Part shown: positions 1-12,824 of the stretch, one piece after another
Layout: each line of letters opens with the position of its first letter
Numbering within the stretch: the stretch's first letter is position 1
Notes under the pieces: model-generated
Databases searched by the model: none
The model's input: the letters and a program-made list of their open reading frames with translations, nothing else
What the model was told of the DNA's origin: nothing
Made by a program: the position numbers and the translations under genes
NCBI GenBank assembly: GCA_048013815.1
Contig: CM106585.1
Location: 2,108,001-2,172,000, forward strand
DNA length: 64,000 nt
Direction of reading: 5' to 3'
From: Setoptus koraiensis
Lineage: Eukaryota; Animalia; Arthropoda

Positions 1-3000
1 TGCCACTCGCAGCCAAGAATGTTAATTAAGATAGATGAGATATGAATTAAGTTATATAACTGATTATCGCGCAGCGAGTTTGCGCTAACGGATTCACGAA
101 TGAGTGTAAATATTGTATCCCACATGATGATGTAACACCTTCCTTGACCGTTTACTATTTACTATTTATTTACTATTAGTTTTTTGTTTTTTTATTTCTA
201 TTTGTCTTGATGTCGGGCTGCGATGTCGGCCAGTCGCAAATTCCAAGTTCGTTTCGACCGCCACAGTCCAGTTAGGCCGTTACACAACTGACCGTAGGCC
301 ACAATGCCGAACCAGCTAAATAACTGCTGGCTTTATGATATTAAAATCATAATAATAATAATAATGTTCGTATGTTAGCGACGGTTGTGATGAATTGCGA
401 AACAGGTACATTGTCTTACCCGATTAACGGTTATTGTGTGTGTTTATATCATATTATTATTATATTATATCATATCCTCCCATCCGTGCCTTTATCGCGG
501 GCCTTTATCAATGCAAGGCTCGTCTCTTTATTCTCGCACTACAGGTGGATCACTACGTCTACTGCTACTACCGTTACTGCCACTACCTCTACTACTAATT
601 CTACTACAACTACAACTGCAACTACAACTACTACTTCTACCTCTATTATCACTACCACTATTATCACTACCTCTATTATCACTAGCAGTGCCGCCACAAG
701 TGCCGCTACTTCACTTGCAAAATCATCAGAACGAAGCCACTGAGTAGCTTATGTTATGTGTCATGTTTATAAACCGTTTAGCATGACTAGCGGTCAGTTT
801 GTTGCAGTCGGTGGTGGTGGTCTGGCCAACTAGAATAATAAGAAAAAGATGGGATTATTGAATAGAGAGAAAGAGATGAGTAGTAAGAGCAAAATGATAG
901 CGAGATAAAATTAGTGGTTATTTGTTGCGCTAACTAATACCGCTGATGCTAAACTACTGATGTCTCGAGTCTCATGTCTCATTTCATGGATATAATACCG
1001 ACTATTAGCTGGCCTTCCAGCCATTTGAGCAGCCGCATTACGTCACAACAACAACAACAACAACAGCAACAACAACAGCGCCAACTTGTGCCAGCGTAAC
1101 AGCGGCCGTTTAACCTTTATCAAATCGTCTTGTTGTTTCATTCAGCTCGTTGCAGTTATTGGCCTGATAACCGCTCAAACATTATATAACATATAAACGC
1201 ATATGAACAGCGACAACAAAGGCCATGCAAATTAGTTAAGCTGCCAACAGGAAGTTGGCTCGCTGGTCAATCGTTGAGACAGTACAGTGTTGAACGCAAA
1301 CAATGGCACTGTTTTTGTGTGAGTGCTTGATATGAGAGCAACAATGATTTGATTGTTTTCATATCATATAGTGTTTGTGTGCCACTTGTAACAATCGCGA
1401 GACATCACACTTGTTTAGATGGGAAACCTTCTCTTGTAAAACAGCGGCCAATTCGATGGGTCGCAATTAATTTGGCAAGCACCATTGGCCGTAGATTACG
1501 TGAAGGTCGCCGCTGATGTGGCCCGCGTCACGTGAATCAGTTCAGTTGACTCGATCTATTTTATCAAGACAGCGCTGATGAACTAAACCAACAAGTCCAT
1601 AGCGTGTCTCTGGTAATATCTGTAGCAGCATAAAGAATTGCCCCAGACCTGTTGCGACCACAAGCTACCCAAACGATTGTGTTGCATAATTTTATGTGTT
1701 GTTGGTGGCAACAAATTGATGCATTAGATGCGAATTTGGTGTTGGGGTGCAAAGGTAAGAGAGTGCGAGAGAATCGTTATTATCAGATCAGCCTTAAAAA
1801 ACTTAAATTTGCAACTTATCGGCATGCAACTCTTTATCGCCACTATAGGAGTGGCCGTAGAAACGAGCGAGCGAGCGAGCAAACAAACGACCGACAAACG
1901 AACAAACAAACAAGCTGACAACTATCGTTACAGATAGAAATTTTTAATGATATGCATTAGAATGCCCTTTTGATTTCTATAGTAATTGAACCAATAATTT
2001 AGAGATGGCAACGTAAGTTTATTTTATCTCTCATACAACAACCGCTAAACGGCCGACAAACCGACACACTGGCCAGCGAGTGGAGCGACTCACAACTGCG
2101 ATCACAAGCACTGATTGGGGTGTTGAAACACCATCCTTGTCAGCTTATCCTATCTCATTATTTTTAAGAATAAAATGCAAAAAAGAGAGAAGAAGAAGAA
2201 ATTTCTCTTATCCTCTTCTTCTTCTTCTTCGTCGTTTTCTTTCACTGCTTGCGTTGTGATGGCGCTGCTTTGAAAAGATTGACCGGCCGACTGTTGATTT
2301 TAACGGACTAATTTTAATTGGTCTAGCCTCTATGTATTGGCCTGTTGGGCCATTAGTCGGGCCATTGGTTGCATTTAGACAAGAGATGGAAAGTAACTCT
2401 TGTTACCGCATCACCGTTGGACGTCACTGTTGCGCTGACAGCAACAGTCAAATCGGCGCTTAAATCAACGAGTTAGATTAGCACAACAAATAGCTGGATG
2501 GCCAAACAAACGGTCAACATGTTTTACTAAATTTATATCAAACTAATAGTCCAGTTCGATTGGAGATAAACAACAACAAGCTGTGCAAAACTCTCTGTCT
2601 CTGGCTCTCTCTCCATGGCCTCGAGACGAGTTCTCTGAGTACTTCTGGGCATGTGAGCACTTGTTGTTGTCTGCACAAACACTTGCATCAGACTCCTACA
2701 ATGGACTTGTACAATATACTTCTTCAATGCACCTCTCCAATACACTTCTTCAATATATTTCTTCAATATACTTCTGCATACTTCTGAACGTTTCCAAAGA
2801 ATTCGAGCTTAAGTGCGCCGCCAGGTAGACAGCGGCACACTGGCAGTGGTTGCGCCAGCACTAATAACAACAAGTGGCAACAAGTGAAAGAGCGAGAGAG
2901 AGAGAGAGAGAGAAACAATGCTTTTTGTGTATGCCTAAGTCGCCGTTATCGGAGCTTATGCAAATTGGCTACTGTCCGTGTCCGTGTATAACCCGCTGCC

Positions 3001-5535
3001 TGTCCGTTTGTGTGTGTGTGTGTGTGTGTGTGTCTGTACATTTGCAACCTGTAACAAGTGCAACCAGTTGCTAAGATGATGCAACTAATTATCGGGTCAA
3101 TCATCTTACTTTTTACAATGACGGCCTCAATTGTTGTCCGCTGACACTCGGTGTGTGCGTATGACTATTACAACTGTTAGTGTTTACGATAGTCGCTAAT
3201 AGCGCAATGGCAGCAGTTGTAGGAGATAGTTGCAAAACAGTAGGAGTGGCGCCAACGGATAAATAGTGAGGACTCCAAAACAAAAACAAACAATAATCGA
3301 GGAAGAAAGAGGGTACTTAATCATTACTACAGGCTAACTTTACTTATAAAACGACCGCCAGTGAGGGGTCACTCGCCGGCCAGATAGATAATAATCGTCA
3401 GAGAGAGTGAGAGTTTCATTTGTAGTAATAACACATCGACTACAACGACAATGACAGCACCACAACAAAAGAATCGAACGCTTGCACCACAGATTGCGTA
3501 AGATAGATAAGGCTGCCGTTGCTACTATCTCAAGTAAAGTAGTGATAGTGGCGAGCGAATGTCAATAACAATGATCATTGATAACATTGTACAAATCAGC
3601 TGCCGCAATCTCAATAAACTTAATGATGGTCAAATAAATGGATGGCTCTCTCTATCTCTCTCGCACTGTCTCTCGCACTGTCTCTCTTGAAATCTATTCA
3701 ATTGGCTTCGCGCAGATTGTTACACTAACTAGCCGTGCAAATTCAACACTGCCAATGACATTGTGCCTAAGACATTGAATTATTTTGAGGCCACACACAC
3801 TCACTGACAATTGTCGTTGTTGTTGTCATGCAATACTGTGTACTTGTGCATGGTCAACGAGTGACCATTTGAGTGAAAGTTGAGCATCGGCTATTTGGTC
3901 AGCAATAAGTGTAGCTGAAGAGGCTACACATTATTGGTTGGTGCTGATTGAATTTCAATCATTCAATCATCGTTCAATTGATTCGAAACGCAATGCTGGC
4001 CGCCGTTGATTGTTGGTGATTGAAAAATGACCGCTCACTATTGACACTGTCCAACACTGTTGAGAGCGAGCACCAATGAAAGAGTTCCCACGACACGTTA
4101 TAATCATAGATTGATTAAATGGCCCGGCATTGCATTATATTCAATGGCATTATATTGCAAATCAAACATAATCGTGCACTGGAGTGGTGCACACGAAGAC
4201 CACCACTTTTCTACTTTCGCCAAGTTTTGTCCTCTCCCTCTCTCTATCTCTATGAGCTCTCTGTTGGTCGGCTCTCTGTCGGTCGGCCGTCGGCCGGCCA
4301 GCGTTGATTCCGCGGTCAAAACGACAACACGCTTGTGGGTGTGCCGTACCGATTTGCGATCTCAACATGTCGAGATTAGTATAATTATCTCATGGCTGCA
4401 TTGGTATCTCATAATTGACACTGTGTTCTCGATAGTAGAGTGATGAATAGACAGAGCCAAATCGATTAACCACCATCATATCTCCTTTTTCTAAATGTCG
4501 AGTTGTAGACAAAGAGGAAGCCAATTATGAGCCGATTGCCGGCGCCATTGCAAGCTCGCCCGTCATTATCCTCGAACAACTCGGGATCTGAGCTGCCAAT
4601 CGACTATCAACTTTTGATTGCCTTTTGAATTATCGCATAAATTAATCCCGTAATAATCCTCCGCTACCGCAGCCAACCACAGCTACAGCACGATAAAATA
4701 CCGGTGGCGCGCTACTTGTGCCCCCGCCACAGTCGTCCGTTGGTACGAGTGAGTAATTTTAATCAATTTTACATAGATCCATCGTTTCGTTGAATAAACA
4801 CAATGTAAACGAGTAGCAGCAGGTGAGCCAGTGTAATAGCGACTGTTGTTATGTAAGCGAAATGAACTCAAGCGACTTGTCGCATGCAAACGGCGGCCGC
4901 CAATAACGGACATTTCTGGTTTGATTTTCGCATTGCGAATGGCCATATTCGAACAATTTGAGAGAACAGCCGAATAATTACAATCAACTTCTAAATTCTG
5001 ACACCGCTCTGGCTGTATGGAATCGGTCAGCTGTTGTAGAGGCTACCGTTATATGGTGATTGTTACTCACTTGTTATCGCGTAATATTGCCAGTTGGATA
5101 CACTTTCATACTGGCAAGTGTATTGTCAGTGCCATACTGTCATTGTTTTTATACCGTTACATACGTTTTTGTTGTTGGTCCCGTTGTATTTTGCTAACGC
5201 CAAAAACAATCTACAATCAGCTGTTCACATCAACAGTCTCGGCGCGCGATACCTCGATAAGCGTCACACAGGGGGGAGAGGGGGGCGTGACTGTCTTAAC
5301 AGGAGGCGGACCATGGGGGCAGCAGTGGGTATATGGGGCACGGAAAGGGGTAACATGGACATCAGCTATTATCGTTATTTTTTCTTTTTCTTTTTTTCAT
5401 CATTGTGGCCAAGTTGTTTGGACTTGACTTTTGTTTTTGTTTGTTGTTGTTGTTGTTTATTATTCACTATTTATTTATTTATTTACTAATTAATTAATTA
5501 ATGTTATCATTATTTATAATCAAGAAACAAACAAT

Positions 5536-6141
5536 ATGCCACCAAGAGCTCAAACAAGCAAGCTGAACAAGACAATTCTGCAGGCTAGAATTAGAAGTAT
5601 GTTTATTTGTCGTTCGCAACAAAACACGCGTTACAATTTCAGGAAATGCACAAGAGATAGCGACATTTACACTAGTCCCTATGAGACAATATTAGCAAAG
5701 TCGTCGTCGTTTAACAAATGGCTCATTGAGAACAGAAAATTACGATTGCCATTCATTGATAATCAAACTAACGTGGCCCAAACAAATTGTTATCTATGGA
5801 AGGACCGATATGATAGACTTGCTCCCAGGCAACACGGACAAATCGTCTCTTATCCGGCACAAAGATGGCTTAGGAGACAACGTAGCTACTTAATGCAGGA
5901 CGAACAAAACACTTTGAATACAGAATTGAATCTCACCATTCACGATAGTAGTGACAACAATAATGATTATAATAATTCCATAAACCACGACAACCACTCA
6001 CAACAACAAGATAGCGAATATGCGAGCTCGACGGCCAACGAAGATTTTCATTCCACATGCTCTCTCATTCGTTGCGATAGTACTGAGTCCATTTATATGG
6101 ACGCCGACGAGAATGCCTACAATAATTATCCGCATTGTTGA
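5536..6141 (+). CDS. d4/DPF (Requiem N-terminal domain) family protein, no C2H2/PHD fingers visible
   Basis: YETILAKSSSFNKWLIENRKLRLPFIDNQTNVAQTNCYLW...GQIVSYPAQRWLRRQR matches the Requiem_N motif of DPF2/d4 (RLPFLDSQTGVAQ..CYIW...GQ.YTYPAR.WRKKRR). Stop at 6141, AATAAA near 6222. Confidence 0.8.
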   Translation: MPPRAQTSKLNKTILQARIRSMFICRSQQNTRYNFRKCTRDSDIYTSPYETILAKSSSFNKWLIENRKLRLPFIDNQTNVAQTNCYLWKDRYDRLAPRQHGQIVSYPAQRWLRRQRSYLMQDEQNTLNTELNLTIHDSSDNNNDYNNSINHDNHSQQQDSEYASSTANEDFHSTCSLIRCDSTESIYMDADENAYNNYPHC

Positions 6142-7039
6142 CTGGTGTTGCTGTTGGCTATAAATTACTATAATACTATTATTATTACTTATTACATAAT
6201 CATGTTGGGTGTCGTGTCGTCAATAAAAATGACAACAAGCACTGCCAGTTCAATGCACATACAATATACAAAGAGACACATGTTCATTTACGATCTCACT
6301 CACAATTGAATAGGAGAACAAGTATATCAGATACATCGCCGAAAATATACTTACCACATTATACAGTATCTTCTTTCTACTGAAAGATGCTTTCCGGAGT
6401 GTAATTAAATGAAATCGCGTTTTATTTTTGCTGCCATAAATACATAGACACATAGTGGACGACGTGGATCATCGACCAGGAAGTTCGGAAAGGGAACCGG
6501 TCACCTGGAAGAACTTTCACAAAAATTTTCGTACACATGAACTCATTTGTCTGGCTTAGTTGTAGATTGATGATCTACACACCAGACATATACCCAATAA
6601 TAGTATCGTCGTTGTCTACCAATAAATTCTTCAACTCACTCAATTTGTATCGTTTCCTAACTCTCTATTGTGTTGAACGTCATTAAATGCTCCCACTTTG
6701 AGCGATGATACTTTCAATCCCGACGCATGCTAACTAATAGTAGTATTCGTAGGATAATGAAGAAACTCAATTTAATCAAATAAAGAAAACACTAGAGGTA
6801 AGTCAAGAAGCAGAACCGAGTTTAATGTAAGTTTTGATTCACAACGATCACGCTGCAAAAAATTCTCGATTAGTCCCGAATTGCTAGCAAATACTGTCGA
6901 GTGAGGATAGATGTTCGGAAAAGAATGAACCTTTCTTGCTCGGGCTTACGCGGCAGATTTGGTGTGATTTTAAGCCGGAGGAATGATTCGAAATGTATCC
7001 CTCTCCGTTGCAAAAAAATGATTAAATGACAATTTCAAT

Positions 7040-7539
7040 NNNNNNNNNNNNNNNNNNNNNNNNNNNNNNNNNNNNNNNNNNNNNNNNNNNNNNNNNNNNN
7101 NNNNNNNNNNNNNNNNNNNNNNNNNNNNNNNNNNNNNNNNNNNNNNNNNNNNNNNNNNNNNNNNNNNNNNNNNNNNNNNNNNNNNNNNNNNNNNNNNNNN
7201 NNNNNNNNNNNNNNNNNNNNNNNNNNNNNNNNNNNNNNNNNNNNNNNNNNNNNNNNNNNNNNNNNNNNNNNNNNNNNNNNNNNNNNNNNNNNNNNNNNNN
7301 NNNNNNNNNNNNNNNNNNNNNNNNNNNNNNNNNNNNNNNNNNNNNNNNNNNNNNNNNNNNNNNNNNNNNNNNNNNNNNNNNNNNNNNNNNNNNNNNNNNN
7401 NNNNNNNNNNNNNNNNNNNNNNNNNNNNNNNNNNNNNNNNNNNNNNNNNNNNNNNNNNNNNNNNNNNNNNNNNNNNNNNNNNNNNNNNNNNNNNNNNNNN
7501 NNNNNNNNNNNNNNNNNNNNNNNNNNNNNNNNNNNNNNN
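7040..7539. other. Assembly gap (500 N)
   Basis: Run of exactly 500 N. The ORF-track entry 7026..7568 is an artefact of this gap. Confidence 0.99.
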
Positions 7540-7690
7540 ACTTGGTGTCCCCTCAGTCGGTGGACTGAGGTAGGGAGATCGTAGGTCGGGAAGGTTCTAT
7601 CGATTTTCTACTCCCCTGTTCTCCCTCACTCTCCCAAATCTCCAGAAAACTAAAGAAAAAGAAAATTTTCAGCTGACGAGAAAAAAAGTG

Positions 7691-7827
7691 TGACCAATAT
7701 CGTGACGGATATCGTGACAAATATCGTGACTAATATCGTGACCAATATCGTGACTAATATCGTGACCAATATCGTGACCAATATCGTGACAAATATCGTG
7801 ACAAATATCGTGACAAATATCGTGACA
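7691..7827. repeat. 12-bp minisatellite TGAC(C/A/T)AATATCG, 11 full units plus a partial
   Basis: Units read directly at 7691, 7703 ... 7811. Explains the spurious CHDI/GHDI ORF 7669..7938. Confidence 0.95.
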
Positions 7828-8381
7828 TTTCTCGTTATTAAAGTTTAAAAGATCTACGATCGTAACCTCCCTACGATCTAATAATACAATTATTACCACT
7901 ACACAATCATAATCACAATCGCATGAAATCACATTCAATCAAGATATAAATGTGCTGTTTAGATCTTTACTATTATGACATCATCTAAAAATGTTAGCAC
8001 TAAACACATAGTAGGGGCGGTATTTGTTTTTTGCTTTTATAGCAACACATCAGTATCAAAATTAATATTGTATCTGGAGTTGTTGATCCAATCTAATGAA
8101 TTGTTTATCAACAGTTCGTTTTGATGTGGAACTCATTCGCATGAACAATAAGCGGAGATATCAGTAAATTTAATAATATTGAGTTATAAATACTGTTAGC
8201 AACTGTGTTCAAGTCGACAATTGAGATATCTGGATGAGCAGTTGCATGATGATTGATAACAAGAAAAGCTGTCCACATGCTATTGCCTCGATAAAAAAAA
8301 AATATATCTTTGTTTGTTGTCCAATATCAATCACTATTCTAGTCAATTCGATTATTTTAATATCAGCCATCATTGCACAAA

Positions 8382-10129
8382 ATGAATCAAATGAGCAAAA
8401 CTAATGAAACCATATCATTAGCATGCAATGATTCTATGAAAAACGGTGACAAATCAACAAGAACATCGGCATCCAATGATGCACTAGTCAATAAGGTAGA
8501 TCGATCACAAACATCAACCTGGCCTCAAGAGAAAGATCATCATGTAAAAAACTCGTCTTCTGGCTATGATCTGAAAGTGCCAAAAAAATACATTGACGAA
8601 TTAGGCTTCTATAGGGCTAACAAACAATTGGACGACTATGAACAATTTTATCGTTCAATTAGGCGCGATCTTAGGATAAGCCATTTCGATCGTACCCACG
8701 ATCATGAAGGATGGAAAAATCGCTGGGATGTGTTCATCAAGAATAAACTAGTTCGCAAGGAGCCAGTTCAACTGAACAATGAATTTAAAATTAGATGCCG
8801 CTCAGGTATACCCCAAGATTACCGGCGCAAAGTATGGACCGCACTGATAAATATGAGGGTCAAACACATTAAACGACAACGCGGCCACAACCTATACGCT
8901 GAATTGATTCGCTCACCGGAAACGACCATAAGATGTGATCCCTTATCAGCTAAAAATTCAAGTGATAATTCTAGTGATAATAATAATGAAGGTGATATTA
9001 ACAAACAACAAATAGAAGCAACCTGTAGCACTGTTTGTAATCAGGGCCACCCGTCATCAACAAACCAAGAAAACAACTCAATCAATGGTAGCTTAAACAG
9101 CACAACTAACCATCACCAGACTTCAAACATGACAGCAGCATTGTCCAAATTAGACAAATGTTCGAGACAAATTGAATTAGATCTATTAAGAACATTACCT
9201 AATAACAAGCATTTCGATCAACCTGACTCTATGGGTATTCAGAGAGTTAGGCGAGTTCTTCGAGCCTATGCCAAGTACAATCCACATGTAGGCTATTGTC
9301 AAGGAATGAATCGTTTGGCCGCAGTGGCACTACTTATCTTGCCGGAAGAGGACGCCTTCTGGTGTTTAGTGGCTATAATCGAATGCATAATGCCCAAAGA
9401 TTATTACGTAAAACCCTGGCTTGCACAAGTGGATTGTTGTGTCTTGTATGATTTATTAGCAAGTAAGATGCCTGTGCTACACAAGCACCTAGTGAAACAT
9501 GACATAGATTTGGCTTTATTCACTTGGTTCTTCACTGTTTTTGTTGATGGTTTCAAGCCCGAGCTGACATTACGCATTTGGGATTGTTATCTGCTGGAGG
9601 GGGACAAAGTGTTATTTAGGTTTGCATTGTCACTGATCCATATAGCACAAGACGAGTTATTGCAAATGACTGATTTTGCCACAGTTAACAACTATCTACA
9701 GAAAATTAGCTCTGACAACAATCTTGATATAGAGCATCTATTTCAGAGTACGTATGCACTTTTCGGTAGGCGATGAAACTTTTTTATTTGTAAGCTCATC
9801 ACTAATCACTAATTTTCATCTCGTTTGCGTCGTTTTATGGTATTCAAAACACCATGCGACATGTGGCTAAAATAGTAGCATTTGAGTTATTGAATCCATT
9901 TTCGACAAGGTAAATAACAATAATTGATAATAAAAATAGAATGGAAAATCTTGATATTGTATGCAAACTAATAATATGATGATCTAAATATTGTCACTCT
10001 CTCCCCCTCTCTCACCTACAATCCAATCTATTAATAATAATTATGATTGGACCACCATAAACTTATAGGACGATACAGTCCAAACGAGCCCTGCATCATA
10101 AAAGGGTCAAGGCCACTTTCGAGGACTGA
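8382..10129 (+). CDS. TBC1D2: TBC1D2/TBC1D2B-like Rab GTPase-activating protein, 3 exons
   Basis: TBC motifs SGIPQDYRRKVW, QIELDLLRTLPNNKHF, YCQGMNRL, EEDAFWCL, IWDCYLLEGDKVLFR. GT-AG splicing of 8382-9747, 9876-9909 and 10069-10129 gives LFQIAFELLNPFSTRTIQSKRALHHKRVKATFED*, resembling the TBC1D2 C-terminus. First ATG is 8382 (the ORF track starts at a TTG). Confidence 0.88.
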
Positions 10130-10538
10130 ATCACGCGCACTGTGGATGCAATCGGAGACAGCAAGTTGTCCAGTTTTCACTCGAATTAACAAAGCGAAGG
10201 TCATTATTTCTAACTGCTAAGATAAGATCTATGCTATTAGCTAAATTGATAGCCGTTTATACTGTATTTATATTTAAATGATGATGTAACAAGTAGATTA
10301 TTAGCATGGTGGTGGCGACAGGTGTACACAGTAGTTGTTGCTATTATGGGGCGTTGGGTCGCGTTGTCCTTGGCTGCCATAAGATGCTTATCGGATGCCT
10401 ATATAGAAATAATCATAGATGTGACATTGTAAGGCAGTGATAATGCTCACATGAGCATGGTGCCTCAAAGAACTAGAGTCCATCCCACTTATGGTTGATC
10501 ATCGCATCATCGCAGCATCATTCTCAATCAAATCACCA

Positions 10539-10581
10539 TATATAAGTTTGGGTGAAATTAAATGACACCAACATTTCATTC
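10539..10581 (+). promoter_or_regulatory. Candidate TATA box plus Inr for the 10673 gene
   Basis: TATATAAG at 10539-10546 and TCATTC at 10576-10581, ~95 nt upstream of the ATG. Spacing is slightly longer than canonical. Confidence 0.35.
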
Positions 10582-10672
10582 AGGCATCGTGAAGAGTATC
10601 ATCGAGAGTTTTTCAGAGAAAAGTAAACAAAGTTACACATTAAAACCGAGTTGATAGCAACACACAAACATA

Positions 10673-11671
10673 ATGGCTTCAACTAAAAAGTGTTTGTCAA
10701 TTGTTGGATTATTAGCTCTGACAATAGTACAAATTGGAGCCGCTACGAAGATCGTTTTAACTCAACCAATACAACAAGTACAACCAGCTCCACAGCCAAT
10801 TCAACCAGCTCCACAACCAATTCCGCCACCACCACAGCCACAGAGAGAAACTTATCCTACTAAACAACAACCTCAAATAGTACAGCAACAACTGAGAACG
10901 GTTCCCGAAGAACCTGCATTTGGTTGGCCATCAGCACCAGTCGAGCACAATAGAGATGTCGCGTTCGAAGGAAAGACGAGCCCCGCTGGCACTAAAACAG
11001 TTCAAAGTTCAGAATTCAGAGAGAACCTTTTGCCTCCACAACAACCACGACAATATCCACAATTCACAATGGTTTGTCCCGAGGCAACAAGTTTGTTGAC
11101 TAAAATTAAATTCGCGCTGCAACAACTCATTGAGAAGGCCTCATTGAAGAAGAAGTTGTTGAAACAAAAGAAACCAATCGCCGTCCCAGTTCCGGTGCCA
11201 GTTGCAGTACCAGTGAAATCTGAGCCAAAATATCTGACCTTCACTAAAACCTACAAAGCACCAATTTTTATCGAGGAATCCGTGCGTCAATATGCTCCAC
11301 CACAGCAATATGAAGTTTTGGAGCCTGTCGAGAAATTCAGTAAGATAAAGCTATTATCCGATAAGTTTGCCAAAACATATTATCAGCAACCATCGCAGTT
11401 ACATCAGTTGCACCAACAACAATTCCATGAGCAACAACAACAGCAGCAACATCAATTCATTCAACAGCAACGCGAACAAGATTCATTCAAACCGATCGAA
11501 CAACAACAAGAACTAAGTAACTTTAAACAAGTAGAACAACAACAAGAGCAGATTCCTTTTAAACAATCAGAGCAACAACAGCAATCACAACAGGATGAGC
11601 TACTGGATGATGATATAAGAGGTGCGGGAGTCAAAGATCGCGATTCTGAACAACAAGCCAGAGAAAGATAA
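10673..11671 (+). CDS. Secreted Pro/Gln-rich low-complexity protein (cuticle/secretory type), 332 aa
   Basis: Signal-peptide-like N-terminus (MASTKKCLSIVGLLALTIVQIGAA), QPAPQP repeats, KKKLLKQKK-PIAVPVPVPVAVPV block, poly-Q tail. Intronless; AATAAA near 11842. Confidence 0.8.
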   Translation: MASTKKCLSIVGLLALTIVQIGAATKIVLTQPIQQVQPAPQPIQPAPQPIPPPPQPQRETYPTKQQPQIVQQQLRTVPEEPAFGWPSAPVEHNRDVAFEGKTSPAGTKTVQSSEFRENLLPPQQPRQYPQFTMVCPEATSLLTKIKFALQQLIEKASLKKKLLKQKKPIAVPVPVPVAVPVKSEPKYLTFTKTYKAPIFIEESVRQYAPPQQYEVLEPVEKFSKIKLLSDKFAKTYYQQPSQLHQLHQQQFHEQQQQQQHQFIQQQREQDSFKPIEQQQELSNFKQVEQQQEQIPFKQSEQQQQSQQDELLDDDIRGAGVKDRDSEQQARER

Positions 11672-12824
11672 CTAAATAGATTGACTATTGCTATTGACAA
11701 TTATTGATTATTATCACTGTTACATCACAGATATTATATTAATATTATTATTATTATCGTATTGAGCATAAGAATGTCCTGTCGAGGGGACTGGCGCCAA
11801 ATCCGCACTGAATGTAAACCTTGAATCTATATCTACTCTCAATAAATAATCTACCAGTTGCGTACTATGTCTGCTTTGATTGCATGTTCATGAATGGTGC
11901 AACTGCATGTGATTCGAATGGTATCGATTTCATCAAAAGAATAATAAAGTTTGATTGGCGAGTCCAGTGACCAATCGCGTTTTTTAATTCGAACTGATGA
12001 GAGCTATATGCACTTTTGAGTACCTTGCCCGTTCTAGAGGAAGGGCGAACTCCTCTTTAGTTTTTTCTGGTTTGGTTCAGTAATTATGGTTGAATCAAGA
12101 TCAATTTATTTTTAGAGTTCCGTTGAGTGGAATACTCGCATCAGATTGTAATATATTAGGCAGATACTATCAGTCAACAGATATTGGTAAATGTTTTTGT
12201 TTATTGGTCTATTTTGATCATATACAATCTTGTTGTTTACTTCGATGTTCGACAAAAATTATCACTTTCGCTCTTGAAACTGCCTTAGTATGCATAGGGA
12301 TAGATAGTAGCCGAGAAATTCAGTTGGTGATTGGAATCTCCTTTGGGGATAAAAAACTTTTCAAGAGTTTTGTCTCTCTTTCTATTATATGATTGCACTG
12401 GTCATGCCAACGGGTTAATTTCTTTCATCAGATTGTAGAGAAAAGTGATCTGTAAATAGAACACACTTGCCAAAGATAATTCGTAAAAATGACAATAAAA
12501 CTAAGTAGATTATAAAGTTGGAGTGTTTGTGAGTGTCTTAGGTTACTCCTTGAAGATGTCAGAGCTCATTGGTAGGAAATGCGTGTAGACGGCGATCCAT
12601 TCAATCAAGGCCCACAAAATTTAGTTAGTATAACCATAAAACAAAGTTTCCGTCTCAAAATTAACAATCGTGTACAGTCTAAATAAGGAATAATAATACA
12701 TACATGTGTGTACTGTAATACTCATCAATAATAATAATAATATATAGTAAAAATTATAATAATAACACTACCAGAAGCTGGCACTTCAACTACAGCGGAA
12801 TACGTTGCATTGTTTTACATCTGC

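Noticed and set aside
124-200. ATGATGA as a C-box of a C/D snoRNA
   Set aside because: No suitably placed D box or terminal stem, and no recognisable rRNA guide.
372-747. Thr-rich or Leu-rich ORFs
   Set aside because: Products of an (ACT/ACA)n tract; no signal peptide, domain or convincing splice context.
7691-7827. CRISPR-like or protein-coding (CHDI)n repeat
   Set aside because: Contiguous 12-bp units without spacers, eukaryotic context, no cas genes.
6448-8012. 9-bp direct repeat ACACATAGT (6448, 8004) as a target-site duplication
   Set aside because: No terminal inverted repeats or LTR ends inside it; plausible by chance.
12433-12630. Small spliced minus-strand frame (…WIAVYTHFLPMSSDIFKE/SLFSTI*) as an alternative EndoB tail
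   Set aside because: In-frame stop immediately upstream with no usable acceptor; not SH3-like.
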